Assembly: GCA_026396065.1 (NCBI GenBank)
Contig: JAPLXO010000010.1
Span: forward strand, 59,058 to 112,109
Reading direction: 5' to 3'
DNA: 53,052 bases
From: Candidatus Nomurabacteria bacterium
GTDB taxonomy: Bacteria > Patescibacteriota > Minisyncoccia > Phycocordibacterales > UBA9973
The notes under the pieces were generated by a model. The model ran no database searches and was not told where the DNA came from. It saw only the letters and a list, made by a program, of their open reading frames with translations. The position numbers and the translations under genes were made by a program. Below, piece by piece: positions 38,320-48,598 of the stretch (the first letter of the stretch is position 1; each line of letters begins with the position of its first letter).

Positions 38320-39252
38320 TTATACTAAAGAACGTATTTGACCGAAAGGGAATAGATTACAATCGTATCTAGGCAGGGAATGTTTGTTGTATTTTATATC
38401 TTTTTTACTTACATCTCTTGGTTTTACATCTAAAGAAAATAAAGATCCAGATTTTTTTAAAATTTTTAAAGTTGTTTTGTTAAAAGATAAGGATCCACCA
38501 TATGGATGGCAATAAGTTCTTATATTATTATCTAAAATGTCTTCCAAGAATTTAAAACATGGGTATATTTCTTTTTCTTGAGCTTTTTCGGATAGTTTGC
38601 TCATAACTGGGTGATTTACCGTATGAGCTCCAAATATCATACCAGCAAATTGCATTTTTTTAATTTCTTTACTGTTTAAATAGTATTTTTTTACAAGTTT
38701 TTTTTCATTCGGATAGTATTTTTGCATAAGCTTATCTACTAGACCCTCACGATATTTTTCAGAAATATAGTAATTTAAAATACGTTTTGTTTCAGTGGCA
38801 GAATCTTCATCTTTGAAATCTTTGTATGTTTTTGTTTCAAATTTTTTCTGGTATTCTTTAACTATCATTTTTTTTAATACTATTTTTGTAAGTGATGTAA
38901 AGATTTTTTTACCACCAAATTTACCAAGTAACATGTGTATACGATGTGGACCAAGAAGCTTATTTCTTTCACTTGGATTGTAATTTATGTAAAATATACC
39001 CCAAAGACCCCTTTTTTTTAGTTCTGGTAATACGTATTTATAGTGATCTTTTAATCCATCATCAAAAGTGAGAACAACACCATTAGGAATTTTTCCATTT
39101 TTAAATGTATTTAAAAATTCATCTTTTTTAACGAAACCAAATTTTTTTTCGAAATAATCTAGTTGTTTTTTAAAGTCCTCAATATGAAGATATTTTAAAT
39201 ATGGTAAATTACTAGAGTTTTTTCTGACATAATGATACATTATTATTTTCAT
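38320..39252 (-). CDS. Polysaccharide deacetylase family protein
   Basis: IMYHYV, LTFDDG, GAHTVNH and HPYG motifs. Confidence 0.9.
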   Translation of the reverse strand: MKIIMYHYVRKNSSNLPYLKYLHIEDFKKQLDYFEKKFGFVKKDEFLNTFKNGKIPNGVVLTFDDGLKDHYKYVLPELKKRGLWGIFYINYNPSERNKLLGPHRIHMLLGKFGGKKIFTSLTKIVLKKMIVKEYQKKFETKTYKDFKDEDSATETKRILNYYISEKYREGLVDKLMQKYYPNEKKLVKKYYLNSKEIKKMQFAGMIFGAHTVNHPVMSKLSEKAQEKEIYPCFKFLEDILDNNIRTYCHPYGGSLSFNKTTLKILKKSGSLFSLDVKPRDVSKKDIKYNKHSLPRYDCNLFPFGQIRSLV

Positions 39253-40079
39253 TTTAATAAATCAGTTAAACTTGGGTTTTCTACAATTGGTGATTTTTGC
39301 AACCTTTCATTAATTTCGGATAAATATTTTTCTACCATCCCATTGTTAAAATTATTATAAAGTTTTTCAACCGATTTTTCATCATAATCTTTTTGCTTGC
39401 AAACTTTTTCATCATCTGGAACTTTTGGCTGAGGCATAGTGCGAAGGGAATCAACATTTTTTACTATTGCTTGATAGGTAGGTATTATATCTTTAATTAG
39501 ACGATTACCAATAGAAGAAGGTGTATCACCCCAAGTTATTCTAGCTCTGATTTGATGTATAATATCACCAGTATCAATTCCTGCATCAATATACATAAAA
39601 GTTGCACCGACAAACTCTGGCTCATTGTTTACAAGTGGCCAATAATTTGTACCGCTACCTCTATAGTAAGGAGAAAGACCAAGATGAACATTTAAAAATC
39701 TTTTTGGAAAAGCAGAAAGAAGTGGTTCTTTTATTAATGAACAGCCGTAAGCTATAATTAAGTCTGGCTTCAAGTTAATTATTTTTTCAGTATATCTTAA
39801 GTTATTAATTTCTCCTTTTGGTAAAAAAACAGGATTAGAAAGATCTTTAGATGTTTTTACAAATACATTAAAAAAATCTTTTTCAGATTCTTCTCTCGCT
39901 TTTAAGTGTTTTAAACGCATTACTGTGTCTGTCTCTTTTTCGATAAAAGCACTTAGACTTTTCTCAGTTCCTTCGCAGAATGTTTGAATTACGTCTATTT
40001 CAGGATCTAAGGCAAAAAGTTTTCTAAAAAAGTCATGTCTTAGTTCACTTCCTGTTAGTATTATTACCCTTTTTTTCAT
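39249..40079 (-). CDS. Formyltransferase family protein
   Basis: LNVHLGLSPYYRG and IDAGIDTGDII motifs. ATG 6 nt after TGTTATTCT. Confidence 0.88.
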   Translation of the reverse strand: MKKRVIILTGSELRHDFFRKLFALDPEIDVIQTFCEGTEKSLSAFIEKETDTVMRLKHLKAREESEKDFFNVFVKTSKDLSNPVFLPKGEINNLRYTEKIINLKPDLIIAYGCSLIKEPLLSAFPKRFLNVHLGLSPYYRGSGTNYWPLVNNEPEFVGATFMYIDAGIDTGDIIHQIRARITWGDTPSSIGNRLIKDIIPTYQAIVKNVDSLRTMPQPKVPDDEKVCKQKDYDEKSVEKLYNNFNNGMVEKYLSEINERLQKSPIVENPSLTDLLK

Positions 40080-40182
40080 TACTACAGAATAACAAATCAT
40101 GCTTACAATGGCAAATTTGATAGGTTTGTGTTATTATAGCGATATTAATCAATGATATATTTAAGATATAATTATTATTTTT

Positions 40183-41226
40183 ATGAAACCCTATATTCAA
40201 ATTGGAAAAAGAAAAATTGGTTCTGATTTTCCACCTTTTGTAATCGCAGAAATTGGCATAAACCACGAGGGAAACTTTCAGAAAGCTAAAAAAATGATTA
40301 AAGACGCTGCCCTTGCTGGAGCTGAATGTGTTAAATTCCAATCTCATATTGTAAGTGACGAGATGGTCCCTATAGCCAAAAAAATAATACCAGGACATAC
40401 AAATAAATCTATCTGGGATATTATGGAGCGTTGCTCTTTTACTGAGAAAGAAGACAGAGACTTAAAAAAATATGTTGAAAGTTTTGGAATGATATATCTA
40501 TCAACCCCATTTTCTCGAGCAGGAGCTGATCATTTAAACAAAATGGGTGTCCAAGCCTTTAAAATTGGATCTGGTGAATGTAATAATTATCCATTAATAG
40601 AGCACATAGCTAAATTTGGAAAACCAATTATAATTTCTACTGGAATGAATGATGTATCTTCTGTAAAAAAAACAGTTGCAATTTTTCGTAAATATAAAGT
40701 ACCTTATGCACTTTTAAATTGCACATCAATGTATCCAACTCCATATGACAGAGTGCGATTAGGTGGAATAAACGAGCTACAAAAAGCTTTCCCTGATGCT
40801 GTAATTGGTCAAAGCGATCATTCACTTAGAAATTATACGTGTTTTGCTGCTGTTGCACTTGGTGCTTCAATACTAGAAAAACATTTTACTTCAGATAAAA
40901 AATGGAAAGGCCCAGACATTTTTATTTCTATTGATCCATATGAATTAAAAGAACTTATTACTGGAACTAAAGCCATAAAACAGGCCATCGGAGGGAAAAG
41001 GACAATTCTAAAAGAAGAGGGTGATATCATAAATTTTGCTTATGCTTGTGTTGTCTCTATCAAGGATATTAAAAAAGGTGAAAAATTTACTAAGGATAAT
41101 ATATGGGTTAAACGTCCGGGAAATGGAGAAATTAAAGCTGTTCAGTATAATTCGATTTTAGGGAAAGAAGCATCTTGTGATATTGTAGCGAATGTACAAA
41201 TTAAGATTAAGGACATAAAAAAATAA
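40183..41226 (+). CDS. neuB: N-acetylneuraminate synthase
   Basis: EIGINHEG, KIGSGECNNYPL, SDH, EKHFT and a SAF/antifreeze-like C-terminus (WVKRPGNG). Confidence 0.94.
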   Translation: MKPYIQIGKRKIGSDFPPFVIAEIGINHEGNFQKAKKMIKDAALAGAECVKFQSHIVSDEMVPIAKKIIPGHTNKSIWDIMERCSFTEKEDRDLKKYVESFGMIYLSTPFSRAGADHLNKMGVQAFKIGSGECNNYPLIEHIAKFGKPIIISTGMNDVSSVKKTVAIFRKYKVPYALLNCTSMYPTPYDRVRLGGINELQKAFPDAVIGQSDHSLRNYTCFAAVALGASILEKHFTSDKKWKGPDIFISIDPYELKELITGTKAIKQAIGGKRTILKEEGDIINFAYACVVSIKDIKKGEKFTKDNIWVKRPGNGEIKAVQYNSILGKEASCDIVANVQIKIKDIKK

Positions 41227-41227
41227 A

Positions 41228-42394
41228 ATGAAAATAAACAAAATTAAAAAAAGAAAAATACTTTTTGTTACAGAACGACGAGCTGACTATAGTCGCTTAA
41301 AACCAATTATGAAACTTGTAAAAGAGAGCAATAAACTCACATTGCAATTGGTAATTACTGGACTTCACTTATCAAAGGAATTTGGGGACACTAGCCAAGT
41401 AATTGAAAAAGATGGTTTTCATGTGGATGCTTTTTTGCCTGTTTATAAAAAAGGAGATGCAGATGATGGTGTGGCAATGTCACATTCTTTTGGTTCCTTT
41501 GTTCATGTGTTGACAGATGCAATCTCCAAATTAAAACCAGATGTTGTTTTTTGTGGTTTTGATTTAGGGGCACATTTAGCAGCAGCAATTGTCGGTATGC
41601 ACTTAAATATTCCTGTTGCTCATATACAAGGAGGTGAAAGAAGCGGTACAATTGATGAAGTAATTCGTCACGCAACAACAAAATTTTCACATATTCATTT
41701 TGTGGCAACAAAAGAAAGCAAGAAGAGAGTAATCAAATTAGGAGAAGATCCAAAATATGTTTTCCTAGTCGGAAGCCCAAGTTTAGATACTATACATTCA
41801 ATTAAATATCAATCTCGTAATAAAGTTTTTAAAAAATATGGAATTAATCCTAAGAAATTACTTATAATATTTTCGCAACATCCTGTAACTACTGAAGTAG
41901 ATGAAGTAGTAAAACAAATAAAAGAAAGTGTTGAGGCACTTAGTTACTTCAAGAAAGAATATAATGCAGAAGTTATTGCTATATATTCTAATAATGATAG
42001 TGGTGGAAAAAGGATTGTTAAAGAATTACAAAAATCAGATTTTAAAGTTTTCCCTCATATTGTTTACGAAGACTATCTTAGACTGTTAAAAGTAGCAGAT
42101 GTTTTAGTCGGAAATTCTAGTGCCGGTATTCACGAAGCTCCATCTTTTGGTTTACCTGTTGTAAATATTGGTACTCGTCAACAATTTAGAGAAAGAGGTG
42201 TTAATGTTATAGATGTTTCTTGTAATAAAAATGAAATAAAAAATGCAATTACAAAAGCACTCCTCGATAAGAAATTTATTGTAAAAGTTAAAAAAGGTAA
42301 AAACCCTTATGATTTTGGAAAAGCTGCACCTAAAATTATAAATGTTTTAGAGAAAGTAGTTTTGCCTTCTGTTCAGAAGGTTATATATTATTAA
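41228..42394 (+). CDS. neuC: UDP-GlcNAc 2-epimerase (hydrolysing)
   Basis: RADYS, HIQGGE, DEVIRHATTK, GNSSAGIHEAP and GTRQ motifs. Confidence 0.92.
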   Translation: MKINKIKKRKILFVTERRADYSRLKPIMKLVKESNKLTLQLVITGLHLSKEFGDTSQVIEKDGFHVDAFLPVYKKGDADDGVAMSHSFGSFVHVLTDAISKLKPDVVFCGFDLGAHLAAAIVGMHLNIPVAHIQGGERSGTIDEVIRHATTKFSHIHFVATKESKKRVIKLGEDPKYVFLVGSPSLDTIHSIKYQSRNKVFKKYGINPKKLLIIFSQHPVTTEVDEVVKQIKESVEALSYFKKEYNAEVIAIYSNNDSGGKRIVKELQKSDFKVFPHIVYEDYLRLLKVADVLVGNSSAGIHEAPSFGLPVVNIGTRQQFRERGVNVIDVSCNKNEIKNAITKALLDKKFIVKVKKGKNPYDFGKAAPKIINVLEKVVLPSVQKVIYY

Positions 42395-42397
42395 TAT

Positions 42398-43222
42398 ATG
42401 AAAAAAGATAAAATAATTGTAATTGGTGGAAATGGTTTTATTGGTGGATACTTAGTCAAAGAGCTTAAAAGGCAAGGCAAAAATGTTTACATTTTTGATA
42501 AAAATTCTAAGAACACTCTTGAATTAGAAATATCTGGTTCCTCATTCGTTGCTTATTTAGCATCACCAGATCAAAACCTACTCAAAAATACACTTAAGGT
42601 TATTTCAAAAGAAAAAAATATAACTTTTTTATATACCTCAACTTTACTACTCTATAAAGAAAAAAAAGAAGCAATAAAAGAAGATCATAAGTTGTCGCCG
42701 GCCACTCTTTATGCAAAAAACAAACTAAAAGAAGAAGAATTAATAATTAATTTCAAAAAAAAATATCCAAAAGTAAATATAATTATAGCTCGTTTGGCTA
42801 ATGTATATGGAGATCCTAAAAATAAAGGATTTATTGGTATTGTGTTAGAAAAAATCTTAACTAAAGATAATAAAAAAACATTTATAATTAATGGTGATGG
42901 TACACAAATACGAGATTATATTTTTGTTGATGATGTTGCTAAAATATTAGCTAGACTTCTTTTTAGTAATTTAAAATTTAACATTATCAATGTATCGACT
43001 GGTATAGGCACTACGCTTATTCAATTAATTCAATATATAGAAAAAATAACACACAAAAAACTTACTTATAATTTTGGATCTAAAATCCCAGAAGCATATT
43101 CATTAATAGGTGATAAAACAAAACTTAGTAAATTTTTTAAATTAACAGAGCAAACTCCTCTATTAAAAGGTTTGCTAAAAACATATAAACGTTATATTAT
43201 AAAGCTTAGTAGTAATAAATAA
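42398..43222 (+). CDS. NAD-dependent epimerase/dehydratase
   Basis: GGNGFIG, YAKNK, NVYG and GDGTQIRDYIFVDD motifs. Confidence 0.88.
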   Translation: MKKDKIIVIGGNGFIGGYLVKELKRQGKNVYIFDKNSKNTLELEISGSSFVAYLASPDQNLLKNTLKVISKEKNITFLYTSTLLLYKEKKEAIKEDHKLSPATLYAKNKLKEEELIINFKKKYPKVNIIIARLANVYGDPKNKGFIGIVLEKILTKDNKKTFIINGDGTQIRDYIFVDDVAKILARLLFSNLKFNIINVSTGIGTTLIQLIQYIEKITHKKLTYNFGSKIPEAYSLIGDKTKLSKFFKLTEQTPLLKGLLKTYKRYIIKLSSNK

Positions 43223-43228
43223 ACTTAA

Positions 43229-44272
43229 ATGAGTATTCTTAAAGGTAAAAATATATTAATAACTGGTGGAACTGGATCGATCGGTACAAATATTATAAAG
43301 GAGCTTTTGGCTTTTCATAAACCAAAACAAATTCGGATTTTTAGTCGTGACGATACAAAACAATTTGATTTAATGCAACAACTTCCAAAAGATGCACCAG
43401 TAAATTTTTTAATTGGAGATATAAGAGATAAAAACAGGCTTATGATGGCCATGGAGGATATTGATATTGTTTTTCATGCTGCTGCTATGAAACATGTCTC
43501 GCTTTGTGAAAGAAATCCTTTTGAAGCTATGAATACAAATATAAATGGAACACAGAATGTGATAGAGTGTGCTCTTTCTGCTGGTGTTGATCGTGTAGTT
43601 TATGTTTCGACTGATAAAGCTGCCAACCCAACAAATATTATGGGAACAACAAAACTCATGGCAGAACGTTTAATGCTTACAAGTTATTTTTATAAAGGTA
43701 AAAAGAAAACAAAATTTTGTTGTGTACGATTTGGAAATGTATTATGGAGTAGGGGATCAGTCTTACCACTTTTTTTAAAGCAGATATATGAAGGTGGACC
43801 AGTCACACTTACTGATCCTTTAATGACTCGTTTTTTTATGTCTCTTCGTCAAGCTGCAAGTTTGGTTATAAAAGCTGCAGAAATAACTAAAGAAAATGAA
43901 ATTTTTGTTTTAAAAATGCCAGCAGTTAGAATGGGGGATGTGGTTGATGTTATTCAAGAAATAATGGTTGAAGAAAAACTTATAAAAAAAACAGTACCTA
44001 TAGTGATCATAGGTCCAAAAGAGGGTGAAAGAACTCACGAAAAACTTCTTACACAAGAAGAATCTGAAAATGCTCTTGAAACAGAAAAACTTTTTATTAT
44101 TAAACCAAATAGTAATATTATTCCTTTTAAAAAATCTAATATTTTACATTATGATGGAGCAAAAAAAGCAAAAGTTGGAGAGTATAATACTACTACAACA
44201 ACCTTATTAAATAAGAAAGAACTTAAAAAACTTATAAAAGAAGGAGAATTTTACAAAAATTTTAAGAAATAA
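43229..44272 (+). CDS. UDP-GlcNAc 4,6-dehydratase (PseB/CapD/FnlA family)
   Basis: TGGTGSIG, FHAAAMKHV, STDKA, RFGNV and MTRF motifs. Confidence 0.9.
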   Translation: MSILKGKNILITGGTGSIGTNIIKELLAFHKPKQIRIFSRDDTKQFDLMQQLPKDAPVNFLIGDIRDKNRLMMAMEDIDIVFHAAAMKHVSLCERNPFEAMNTNINGTQNVIECALSAGVDRVVYVSTDKAANPTNIMGTTKLMAERLMLTSYFYKGKKKTKFCCVRFGNVLWSRGSVLPLFLKQIYEGGPVTLTDPLMTRFFMSLRQAASLVIKAAEITKENEIFVLKMPAVRMGDVVDVIQEIMVEEKLIKKTVPIVIIGPKEGERTHEKLLTQEESENALETEKLFIIKPNSNIIPFKKSNILHYDGAKKAKVGEYNTTTTTLLNKKELKKLIKEGEFYKNFKK

Positions 44273-44277
44273 ATTTT

Positions 44278-44955
44278 ATGAAAATACTTGCTATTATTCC
44301 AGCACGTGGTGGTTCAAAGGGGATTCCTCATAAAAATAAAATTAATATTGCGGGGAAACCACTTATAGGATGGACTATAGAAGCTGCAAAAAACTCTAAG
44401 TTCTTAAATAAAATAGTCGTTTCTTCTGATGATTTAGAAATTTTATCTACTGCTCAAAAATACAAGGTAGATGTCATTAAAAGACCTAAAAAATACGCCT
44501 TGGATAATGCACCATCTGACGTTGTAATATTTCATGCGATAGATCATTTAAAAAATAAAGAAAACTATGTTCCAAATATAATAGTTATATTACAACCAAC
44601 TTCTCCACTTAGAACTTCTGAGGATATTGATAAGGCTATAGAACTTTTTTTAAAAAACAAAGCAGGTGCCGTGATTAGTGTTATGGAGGGGGACAATAAA
44701 CACTTGAAATCCTTTTTTATTGAAAAAGGATTTTTACAAGGAATTGTGAATAATGAATTTCCATTTACTAATCGTCAAGCACTTCCAAAAATTTATATGC
44801 CGAATGGCGCACTCTACGTCATCTACGAAAAAGAATTTCGAAAAGAAAAAAAGTTATTTTCAAAAAAAACTATAGGATTTCTAATGAAAAAAGAGCGAAG
44901 TATTGATTTGGATACACCTGACGATATACCTATAATAGAGAGTTATTTAAAATAA
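44278..44955 (+). CDS. neuA: Acylneuraminate cytidylyltransferase
   Basis: IPARGGSKGIPHKN, LQPTSPLR, RQALP..NGALY and SIDLD motifs. Confidence 0.93.
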   Translation: MKILAIIPARGGSKGIPHKNKINIAGKPLIGWTIEAAKNSKFLNKIVVSSDDLEILSTAQKYKVDVIKRPKKYALDNAPSDVVIFHAIDHLKNKENYVPNIIVILQPTSPLRTSEDIDKAIELFLKNKAGAVISVMEGDNKHLKSFFIEKGFLQGIVNNEFPFTNRQALPKIYMPNGALYVIYEKEFRKEKKLFSKKTIGFLMKKERSIDLDTPDDIPIIESYLK

Positions 44956-45012
44956 TTCTTTTGTTAAAATATTTATATGGCGGTTCAATTAGCTTGATGA
45001 TATGATAGATTT

Positions 45013-46227
45013 ATGGCCAAAAAGATTTTATTAATAAATACGACATTTACAAATGGTGGTGCTTCGGGTGTGGCACGGTCTTTGTTTTTTGATTTAAAAG
45101 ATCAAAATATAAGTATGTATTTTGCGTATGGCAGAGGAGAAAAATCATTAGAAAAAAATACTTTTAAATTTGGTAATAGTTTTGAAACTATTTTACATAT
45201 TTTATTTGTCCGTTTTTTAGGGCTCGAAGGATACGGTAGTTATTTCTCTACTAGAAAATTAATTAACTATATTAAAAAGGAAAAGTTTGATGCTGTTAAT
45301 TTGCACAACTTACATGGGTATTATTTGAATTATTTTTATTTTTTTAAATTTTTAAATAAATCTGGTATTCCTATTATTTGGACACTTCACGATGAATGGC
45401 CTCTCACTTGGCTTCCAGCACATAGTATGGGTTGTAATCATTGCAAGACCGGTGTTGGTAATTGCACAAATTCATATTCATATCCTAAAACCTACAACAA
45501 GCTTTTTTTAAAATTCTTCTTAAGAAGAAAACAAAATTTACTTTCATCAATTAATAATATTATTTTTACACCAACACCAAAATGGCTTAAAGATGAAATT
45601 AGTAAATCATATTTAAAAGATAAAGAGACTCGGGTTATTTATTATGGTGTAAATCCCGATTTATTTTCACCAAGTAATAGAAAAATAGAAATTAGAAAAA
45701 AATATAATATTCCAAATAATAAAAAAGTTATTTTGTTTTCTGCCGCTAATTTAAATGATGAAAATAAGGGTGTTGGGGATGTCTTAAAAGTTGCTGATAT
45801 ATTGGTCAGCAGGGAGTATTTTTTTATTGGTATTGGTAAGGGGGTGTTGCCTAAAAAAGAAAATGTTATTACTGTTGGCTATATAGATAACAATAAATCA
45901 TTATCAGAACTATTTGCCATAGCCGATTTATTTTGTATTACTTCTCGTGCAGAGACTCAGCCACTTGTGGTCTTGGAAGCTTTTTCTTCCGGTGTACCTG
46001 TAGTAGGTTTTGATATTGTTGCCTTGCGTGAACTTGTAAATAATAATGTAGGAGATTTGGCGTCTTTTAGTGATATACAAAAACTTTCAGATATTATTGT
46101 TTCTAACTTAGTAGAATCAGTACATAAAGAAAAATCTCAAAATGCAAGAAATCTATCAACCACCACATTTTCTAAAGATATATTTTTAAAAAATTATTTG
46201 GAAATATATAACGAAATATTAAGATGA
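45013..46227 (+). CDS. GT4 glycosyltransferase (WcaC-like)
   Basis: LHNLHG, WTLHDEW and ETQPLVVLEA motifs. Confidence 0.88.
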   Translation: MAKKILLINTTFTNGGASGVARSLFFDLKDQNISMYFAYGRGEKSLEKNTFKFGNSFETILHILFVRFLGLEGYGSYFSTRKLINYIKKEKFDAVNLHNLHGYYLNYFYFFKFLNKSGIPIIWTLHDEWPLTWLPAHSMGCNHCKTGVGNCTNSYSYPKTYNKLFLKFFLRRKQNLLSSINNIIFTPTPKWLKDEISKSYLKDKETRVIYYGVNPDLFSPSNRKIEIRKKYNIPNNKKVILFSAANLNDENKGVGDVLKVADILVSREYFFIGIGKGVLPKKENVITVGYIDNNKSLSELFAIADLFCITSRAETQPLVVLEAFSSGVPVVGFDIVALRELVNNNVGDLASFSDIQKLSDIIVSNLVESVHKEKSQNARNLSTTTFSKDIFLKNYLEIYNEILR

Positions 46228-46964
46228 AAATCTCTATAATAACTACATCTTTAAATAGTGAAAAGACTATTGAAAATACTATAAAAAGTGTATTATCTCA
46301 AAACTATTCTAATATTGAATATATTGTTGTCGATGGTGGATCTACCGATAAGACTTTGGAAATAGTCAAAAAATATGAAAATAAAATAATAAAAATTATC
46401 TCTGAAAAAGATAATGGATTGTATGATGCAATGAATAAAGGTATTAAATTGGCTACTGGTGACATTATTAGTATTTTAAATTCAGATGATTTTTTTAATA
46501 ATGATAAGGTATTGTCTGTAATAGCTGAGTCATTTAAAGATGAAAAAATTGATGCCGTGTATGGTGATATTAGTTATTTTTCTGATGATATAAGTAAAGT
46601 TACTAGGTATTGGCATGTAGGTGAGTATAGTGAAAAGAAGTTAAGTAATGGATGGATTGTTCCACATCCAGCATTATTCCTACGAAAAGTTGTCTATGAC
46701 AAATGTAGTTATTTTAATATAGATTTCAAAATTGCAGCTGATTATGAATTTATTTTGAGACTTTTAAAAATTTATCATATAAAAGTAAAATATATTCCTA
46801 TTATTCTAGTCAGAATGTATAATGGTGGAATTTCAGCTAGTAGTTTACATCAAAGAATCAATGGTTGGAAAGAATTAAAAAGGGCGTGGATTGTTAACAA
46901 TTTAAAGATACCACTTTTTTTTATTTTTCGGAGAATATTTTTTAAATTGTCTCAGTTTTTTTAA
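46224..46964 (+). CDS. GT2 glycosyltransferase (WcaE-like)
   Basis: VDGGSTD, GLYDAMNKG, LNSDD and AADYE motifs. Confidence 0.92.
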   Translation: MKISIITTSLNSEKTIENTIKSVLSQNYSNIEYIVVDGGSTDKTLEIVKKYENKIIKIISEKDNGLYDAMNKGIKLATGDIISILNSDDFFNNDKVLSVIAESFKDEKIDAVYGDISYFSDDISKVTRYWHVGEYSEKKLSNGWIVPHPALFLRKVVYDKCSYFNIDFKIAADYEFILRLLKIYHIKVKYIPIILVRMYNGGISASSLHQRINGWKELKRAWIVNNLKIPLFFIFRRIFFKLSQFF

Positions 46965-48253
46965 TGCGTAAAAATTATTTGAATTGTTTTTAATATGATA
47001 CCAAAGTCTAGAAAAATATTTCTATTCTTTATGTAATATAGGTCATATTCAAATTTTTCTTTTGAAGATTCTATTGTATTTGCATAACGGTATTTTATTT
47101 GTGCCCAGCCGGTGAATCCTGGGCGGATGATATGGCGGAGTTCATAATGGGGGATGGATTGCTCGAGGGGGGTGACGAATTCTGGCCGTTCAGGACGAGG
47201 GCCTACAAGAGTAATATCTCCTTTTATAATATTTATCATTTGTGGAATTTCGTCGATGTGTAATTTTCTAATTATTTTTCCAATTGGTGTAATGCGAGAG
47301 TCATTTGTGTGTGACCACATTGCTCCATCTTTTTCCGACTCTATTATCATTGATCTTAATTTATGAAGTTTAAATATTTTTCCGTTTAAGCCTACTCTTT
47401 CTTGGGAATAAAAAATTTGTTTATGATCATATAAGTAAATACAAATTGCACTGATAATTAAAAATGGAGATGTAAGTACTAGTATAGTTATTGCTATTAT
47501 TATAGATATAATCCTAGAGATTACATCATACAATAAATCCTTTTTAGTATTTATATTTTTCACTATCCAAGATTGTGAGATATATCCTACAGGAATTTTT
47601 ACTAAATATCTTTCATAAGCTTCAGCGACGTCTATGATTTCCGTTTTATTTTCATAAAGCTTCACTATATCTTTTTTTGGTATTTCTTGCTCAATGCTTT
47701 CAAAAATAAACACAGCATTTTGTGTTTCAGAATATTTTTCTAATGCTTCGTGTAAGTTCGGTGTGTATGAAATAATCACAAGTCCTAATTGTGGATTTGT
47801 TGTTATTGTATTATATAGTTCTTCTGCATATTTTGTTTTTCCTACAATTATTACTGGTCTGGTAATTTGTTTTGAAAAAAGAATGTAAACAATTCTTCTC
47901 AATACAAAAGATATTATTCCAAATCCTAATATTTGGAATAATAGGTTTGTTTTTGGGGCGATTCCAAAAATTGGAATAAGGTAGAAAAATAATGCACCGA
48001 CAATAAAACAAATTAGTAAAGCAAGACCAAAACGTTTAATATGGGGAAGAGTTGGTTTTATATTTAACAAATCGTAAAGTCCAAATAAGAAAAAAGTTAG
48101 AACCCAAGAAATGTATAAAATTATAAAAGGAAGAGTATGTGTTTGTGCAGTGTTTGAGTTTAGCAACCCTCCAAATCTTAAATCAAGTATTATAAAAAAT
48201 GATACCCAAAAGGATATAAGGTCCCCAAAAACGATAAGCCAAGTTCTATTCAT
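46961..48253 (-). CDS. Priming polyprenyl-phosphate glycosylphosphotransferase (WbaP/WcaJ-like)
   Basis: KLRSM, DSRIT, DEIPQ, VGPRPERP and PGFTGWAQ motifs. Confidence 0.93.
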   Translation of the reverse strand: MNRTWLIVFGDLISFWVSFFIILDLRFGGLLNSNTAQTHTLPFIILYISWVLTFFLFGLYDLLNIKPTLPHIKRFGLALLICFIVGALFFYLIPIFGIAPKTNLLFQILGFGIISFVLRRIVYILFSKQITRPVIIVGKTKYAEELYNTITTNPQLGLVIISYTPNLHEALEKYSETQNAVFIFESIEQEIPKKDIVKLYENKTEIIDVAEAYERYLVKIPVGYISQSWIVKNINTKKDLLYDVISRIISIIIAITILVLTSPFLIISAICIYLYDHKQIFYSQERVGLNGKIFKLHKLRSMIIESEKDGAMWSHTNDSRITPIGKIIRKLHIDEIPQMINIIKGDITLVGPRPERPEFVTPLEQSIPHYELRHIIRPGFTGWAQIKYRYANTIESSKEKFEYDLYYIKNRNIFLDFGIILKTIQIIFTH

Positions 48254-48443
48254 ATACTATAGTATAGTACTTAAATATTTTGTTATAGTAAAGTCTTTTT
48301 ATTTTTGATTTATAAATGTTATAATAAATTTGTGAGTCACTTTTTTAAAATATTATTTACTTTTATATTTATCATATTTATCGGCCTTTTAGGGGTGTTT
48401 TTAAGTGGGGATTCTGATGCTGTGAATTCTATAAAGTCGGTAT

Positions 48444-48598
48444 TTGCAAAATAAGATCTTTGTGATATAGTATATCTGCTGCAAAGAAGATAGGGGAGGA
48501 GTGAAAACCTCATAATTCCTGTCTAGTGGTCGATTCCTATTCAATTAGGAAGCAACGCGGCGTAAGCCGCTTTTTTAGTTAAAAAAATAAAAACAAAT
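48444..48598 (+). promoter_or_regulatory. Promoter and candidate L10 leader/attenuator
   Basis: TTGCAA..TGATATAGT, then stems AGATAGG/CCTGTCT and TTCCTA/TAGGAA, and GCGGC-GTAA-GCCGC-TTTTTT upstream of rplJ. Confidence 0.6.
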
